Source: Hydrolagus affinis
Taxonomy: Eukaryota
DNA length: 64,000 nucleotides
Direction: 5' to 3'
Assembly (NCBI GenBank): GCA_012026655.1
Contig: JAAILG010000309.1
Coordinates: 1-64,000 of the forward strand
A program made the translations under genes and the position numbers. Of the stretch, positions 61,270 through 64,000 are shown piece after piece; positions within the stretch are counted from its first letter, which is position 1; the number at the start of each line of letters is the position of its first letter. The notes beneath the pieces were generated by a model. That model had not been told where the DNA came from. It did no database searches and saw only the letters and a program-made list of their open reading frames with translations.

Positions 61270-61800
61270 AATCCCCGCATTTTGTTTGGAGACAGTGCAT
61301 GACGGATCACACTGTAATTTTTCACATAGCAACGTCCTACAAACAGCTGTGGAGTGAAGGACCAATTTTATTTGGAGGATTGTTAAACAGTCAGGACACT
61401 GGGTGAAAACTCTCTTCTCTTTTAGAATGGAGCCATGGGTTTGTTTAATATCCAGCTAAACGAGCAGACAGCTTATCATTTCATCCGAAGGTTGTGAGTT
61501 CAAATCTCTCATCGGGACTTGAACGCACATGGTCTAAGATGACAATCCAATGCAGTGCTTGGGAGGTGTGCTGGAGGTGCCATCCTCCGCATGAAACATC
61601 AGACTGGGGTCTTATCCGTTTGTTCAGGTGGACGTCAAAGATCCCAAAGTACCATTTGAAAAGAGAAGGATGTTTCTCATGGTTTGCTGGCCAACAATCG
61701 CCTGAATACAATTGGTCATGGCTGGAGGTTATTATCGTGCTTGACAGTGCTGACGTTCTGTCTCCATTTCATAGTAATTCCTGTGAAGTTCTTTGAGACA
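61270..61800. mobile_element. Two old long-Deu SINE fragments in inverted orientation
   Basis: Minus-strand Deu at about 61270-61490 and plus-strand Deu at about 61485-61800 (TTCAGGTGGACGTCAAAGATCCC). Confidence 0.65.
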
Positions 61801-61810
61801 TTGTTCCAAC

Positions 61811-61910
61811 NNNNNNNNNNNNNNNNNNNNNNNNNNNNNNNNNNNNNNNNNNNNNNNNNNNNNNNNNNNNNNNNNNNNNNNNNNNNNNNNNNNNNNNNNN
61901 NNNNNNNNNN
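61811..61910. other. Assembly gap (100 N)
   Basis: Run of n. Confidence 1.
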
Positions 61911-62121
61911 TAAAATTCTATGAATCTATGAAAGGCACTATGTCAATTGCAAGGATTACCATTATTATAATTCTGCCACCTGGGTGTTGTGGACATTTCC
62001 ACTTGAGAACAAACTGTCTAATTTCTAACTTTACTATAAGCTCAGGTGAATATCATTCATATTATAGCATTTGATCAAGGAAATTATTTAGTTCCAAAAT
62101 ATGTTCAACTCTCTCTTCCAG

Positions 62122-62172
62122 CCTGGTTACATGTACCACAACAGGACACAATATGAAGGTTCCCTCCAGAAT
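62122..62172 (+). CDS. CDH26: CDH26 cytoplasmic exon B, copy 1
   Basis: ctctctcttccag|PGYMYHNRTQYEGSLQN|gtaagt; 51 bp, phase 0-0. Confidence 0.7.
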
Positions 62173-62817
62173 GTAAGTGACTTGATAAAGCAGGAAAAAG
62201 CTGTATTGTCAAAGTATCATATAAGTACTAGTTCTATTTAATGGATCAAGCATTTATTACAATCTGTGCTCTGGAGAGTATTTCCCCACTCATTTAGTTA
62301 AAGAGAGCATTAGGTCACAGGATTGCAAAATCCAAGGTTGGGGACTTCGAACGCCACAAATCTCTGCAATGGTAATATTAGCGATGTTAATTGGAGGAAG
62401 TGAGTTAAGAGGGCATTTTATAATTGGAGAGACACAGTATTGAAGTCTGCAAATCATCAAAACATGCACCAGAAAGATCACTAGTGCTATATGTGTGACA
62501 GGCCATCCATCATTTACCGAGAACAAACAAGTGTTTCTTCAAAAAATACCAGGAAACTGCCTTCCCACATATTTCTTGGAATTGAGTGATGAATCTCAAA
62601 TGTCTAAATAAAATTCACCCTAGATCCAATATTAATGAATATGGCTCCTTATAAAATGGCGGAATAGGCTTGACAGTCTGAAAAGCCTACTCTTGTTTCT
62701 ATGTTTCTATGCTATCAATAATTCTGCATTATACAATGTATACGTATGTGTCTGTATGTGTGTGTGGATATGTGCACATGTCTAATTTAAAAAATATATT
62801 TAAATCTGTACTATCAG

Positions 62818-62901
62818 AATTCGAGATCTAATCGAACAGGAATAGTGGTAATCAAGAAAAACAGTTCAACTGATATCAACAATGCTTGGAGAAAATCTGT
62901 G
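62818..62901 (+). CDS. CDH26: CDH26 cytoplasmic exon A, copy 2 (altered donor)
   Basis: NSRSNRTGIVVIKKNSSTDINNAWRKS(V); the donor changed to GTGGTAATT, so the exon ends at 62898 or 62901. Confidence 0.5.
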
Positions 62902-63235
62902 GTAATTATTCCCTCTCTCCATTTAGACTGTTCTATAGAAGTAGAATAAATTTCAAGTTATAATGTTGGTACTACTGCAATGTAATTGTTTCCAAAGTAC
63001 AATGTAGCATTTAACTAAATGCATTATGTTGCTCAGAGAAGTGTGTCTGGTTTAAAAAGTAGGACAAGACATTTACTGAATTCTCGATTTTGTGTCAAAA
63101 GTGTTATAATCCCTGCAAACTGTCTGTTTGTACATGCATAAAAGTTCATATAGGCTCAGGTGAATATCATTCATATTGTAGCATTTGATCAAGAAAATTA
63201 TTTAGTTCCAAAATATGTTAAACTCTCTCTTCCAG

Positions 63236-63286
63236 TTTGGCTACATGTACCACAACAGGAGTCAATTTGAAAGTTACCTCCAGAAC
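63236..63286 (+). CDS. CDH26: CDH26 cytoplasmic exon B, copy 2
   Basis: ctctctcttccag|FGYMYHNRSQFESYLQN|gtaagt; joins in frame to the catenin-binding exon. Confidence 0.78.
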
Positions 63287-63467
63287 GTAAGTGACTTGAT
63301 AAAGCAGGAAAAAGCTTTATTGTCAAAGTATTCGTATAATGATAAGTACTAATCACTGTGTTTGTTGTGCCAACTATACAGAGTAATTTATTGAAACCAT
63401 AGGTATCTATTGATCACTTCATTGATCAATTTAACTATTAACACTATTCTTGAGTCTTATTTTAAGT

Positions 63468-63789
63468 AGAGCTCCTGTAGCTCAGTGCTTAGAGCACTCG
63501 CCTTACAAGCGTGAGACCTGTGTTCAGGTCAGGCAGGTCAGGGCGAAACCTTGGGCAAGTTTCCTTATCCACACACACTCCTAATAATAATCCCTCCAAA
63601 AAAACCACAATAATAAAAATTGGTCATTTCAATCCACGACTGTTTGTGGGACGCTGCTGTGCGCATTTGGCTGCCGCGTTTCGCCCACAAATACACAGTC
63701 AATTCACTACAGTAAATTCTGTGAAGCGCTTTCAGATGTCGATAAGATGTGAAAAGCGCTATATCAAATGCGAGGATTATTATTATTAT
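63468..63789 (+). mobile_element. tRNA-Deu-L2 SINE
   Basis: Family consensus. Confidence 0.88.
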
Positions 63790-63864
63790 CTGTGGGTCAG
63801 ATTTTTTTGTTTCTGAAGAGAAAGATCCCATGTTAATATAGCTTCTGCTCATCTAATTTTTCAG

Positions 63865-64000
63865 AGAATTGAATTCCAAAGTAAAATAAATTATGTGGAT
63901 TACGAGCCTCATGTTTACCATCATGAAGATGAAGACAACACAGCGCTATCTCTTGATGATCTCAAAGTGGTTGACGATATTGTGGACTTCAAATACTTGG
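63865..64000 (+). CDS. CDH26: CDH26 last coding exon (catenin-binding region), truncated by the window end
   Basis: RIEFQSKINYVDYEPHVYHHEDEDNTALSLDDLKVVDDIVDFKYL...; DYxPHVY matches the CDH26 tail. Confidence 0.88.

Larger units (their letters stand above)
60600..63340 (+). repeat. Tandem duplication containing exon pair A+B (copy 1 about 60600-62440, copy 2 about 62440-63340)
   Basis: 60961-61275 is nearly identical to 62801-63115; 62010-62230 matches 63117-63350. Confidence 0.92.

Noticed and set aside
1-64000. CRISPR arrays, operons or prokaryotic defence systems
   Set aside because: The sequence is intron-rich eukaryotic DNA; its repeats are dispersed retroelements, not regularly spaced repeat-spacer arrays.

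Overview
AT-rich vertebrate genomic DNA with a 100-N assembly gap at 61811-61910. The repeat landscape (abundant tRNA-Deu-L2 SINEs plus L2 and CR1 LINE fragments) suggests a cartilaginous fish, possibly a chimaera; this is inference. There are two spliced + strand genes. (1) B4GALT5, a beta-1,4-galactosyltransferase 5 / lactosylceramide synthase: coding exons 2-9 lie at 26574-35311. I did not find exon 1, so bases 1-26573 are probably intron 1, and the putative 3'UTR is about 3 kb. (2) A cadherin-26 (CDH26) orthologue starts at an ATG at 45087 and runs off the window end inside the catenin-binding exon. Main observations: a tandem duplication of a symmetric pair of cytoplasmic-tail exons in CDH26, with a third copy that has lost its exons; a degenerate Ca2+-binding EC2-EC3 linker in CDH26; an orphan frameshifted TTC21 (IFT139)-like exon between the two genes; a non-autonomous Helitron with a doubled 5' end; Tc1/mariner-type MITEs; an exact 85-bp templated insertion into a SINE; a 44-bp inverted repeat 1.5 kb apart; and several SINE/L2 chimeras and nested insertions. 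Most ORFs in the supplied track are incidental frames through repeats. All protein comparisons are from memory of the human sequences, not from a search.
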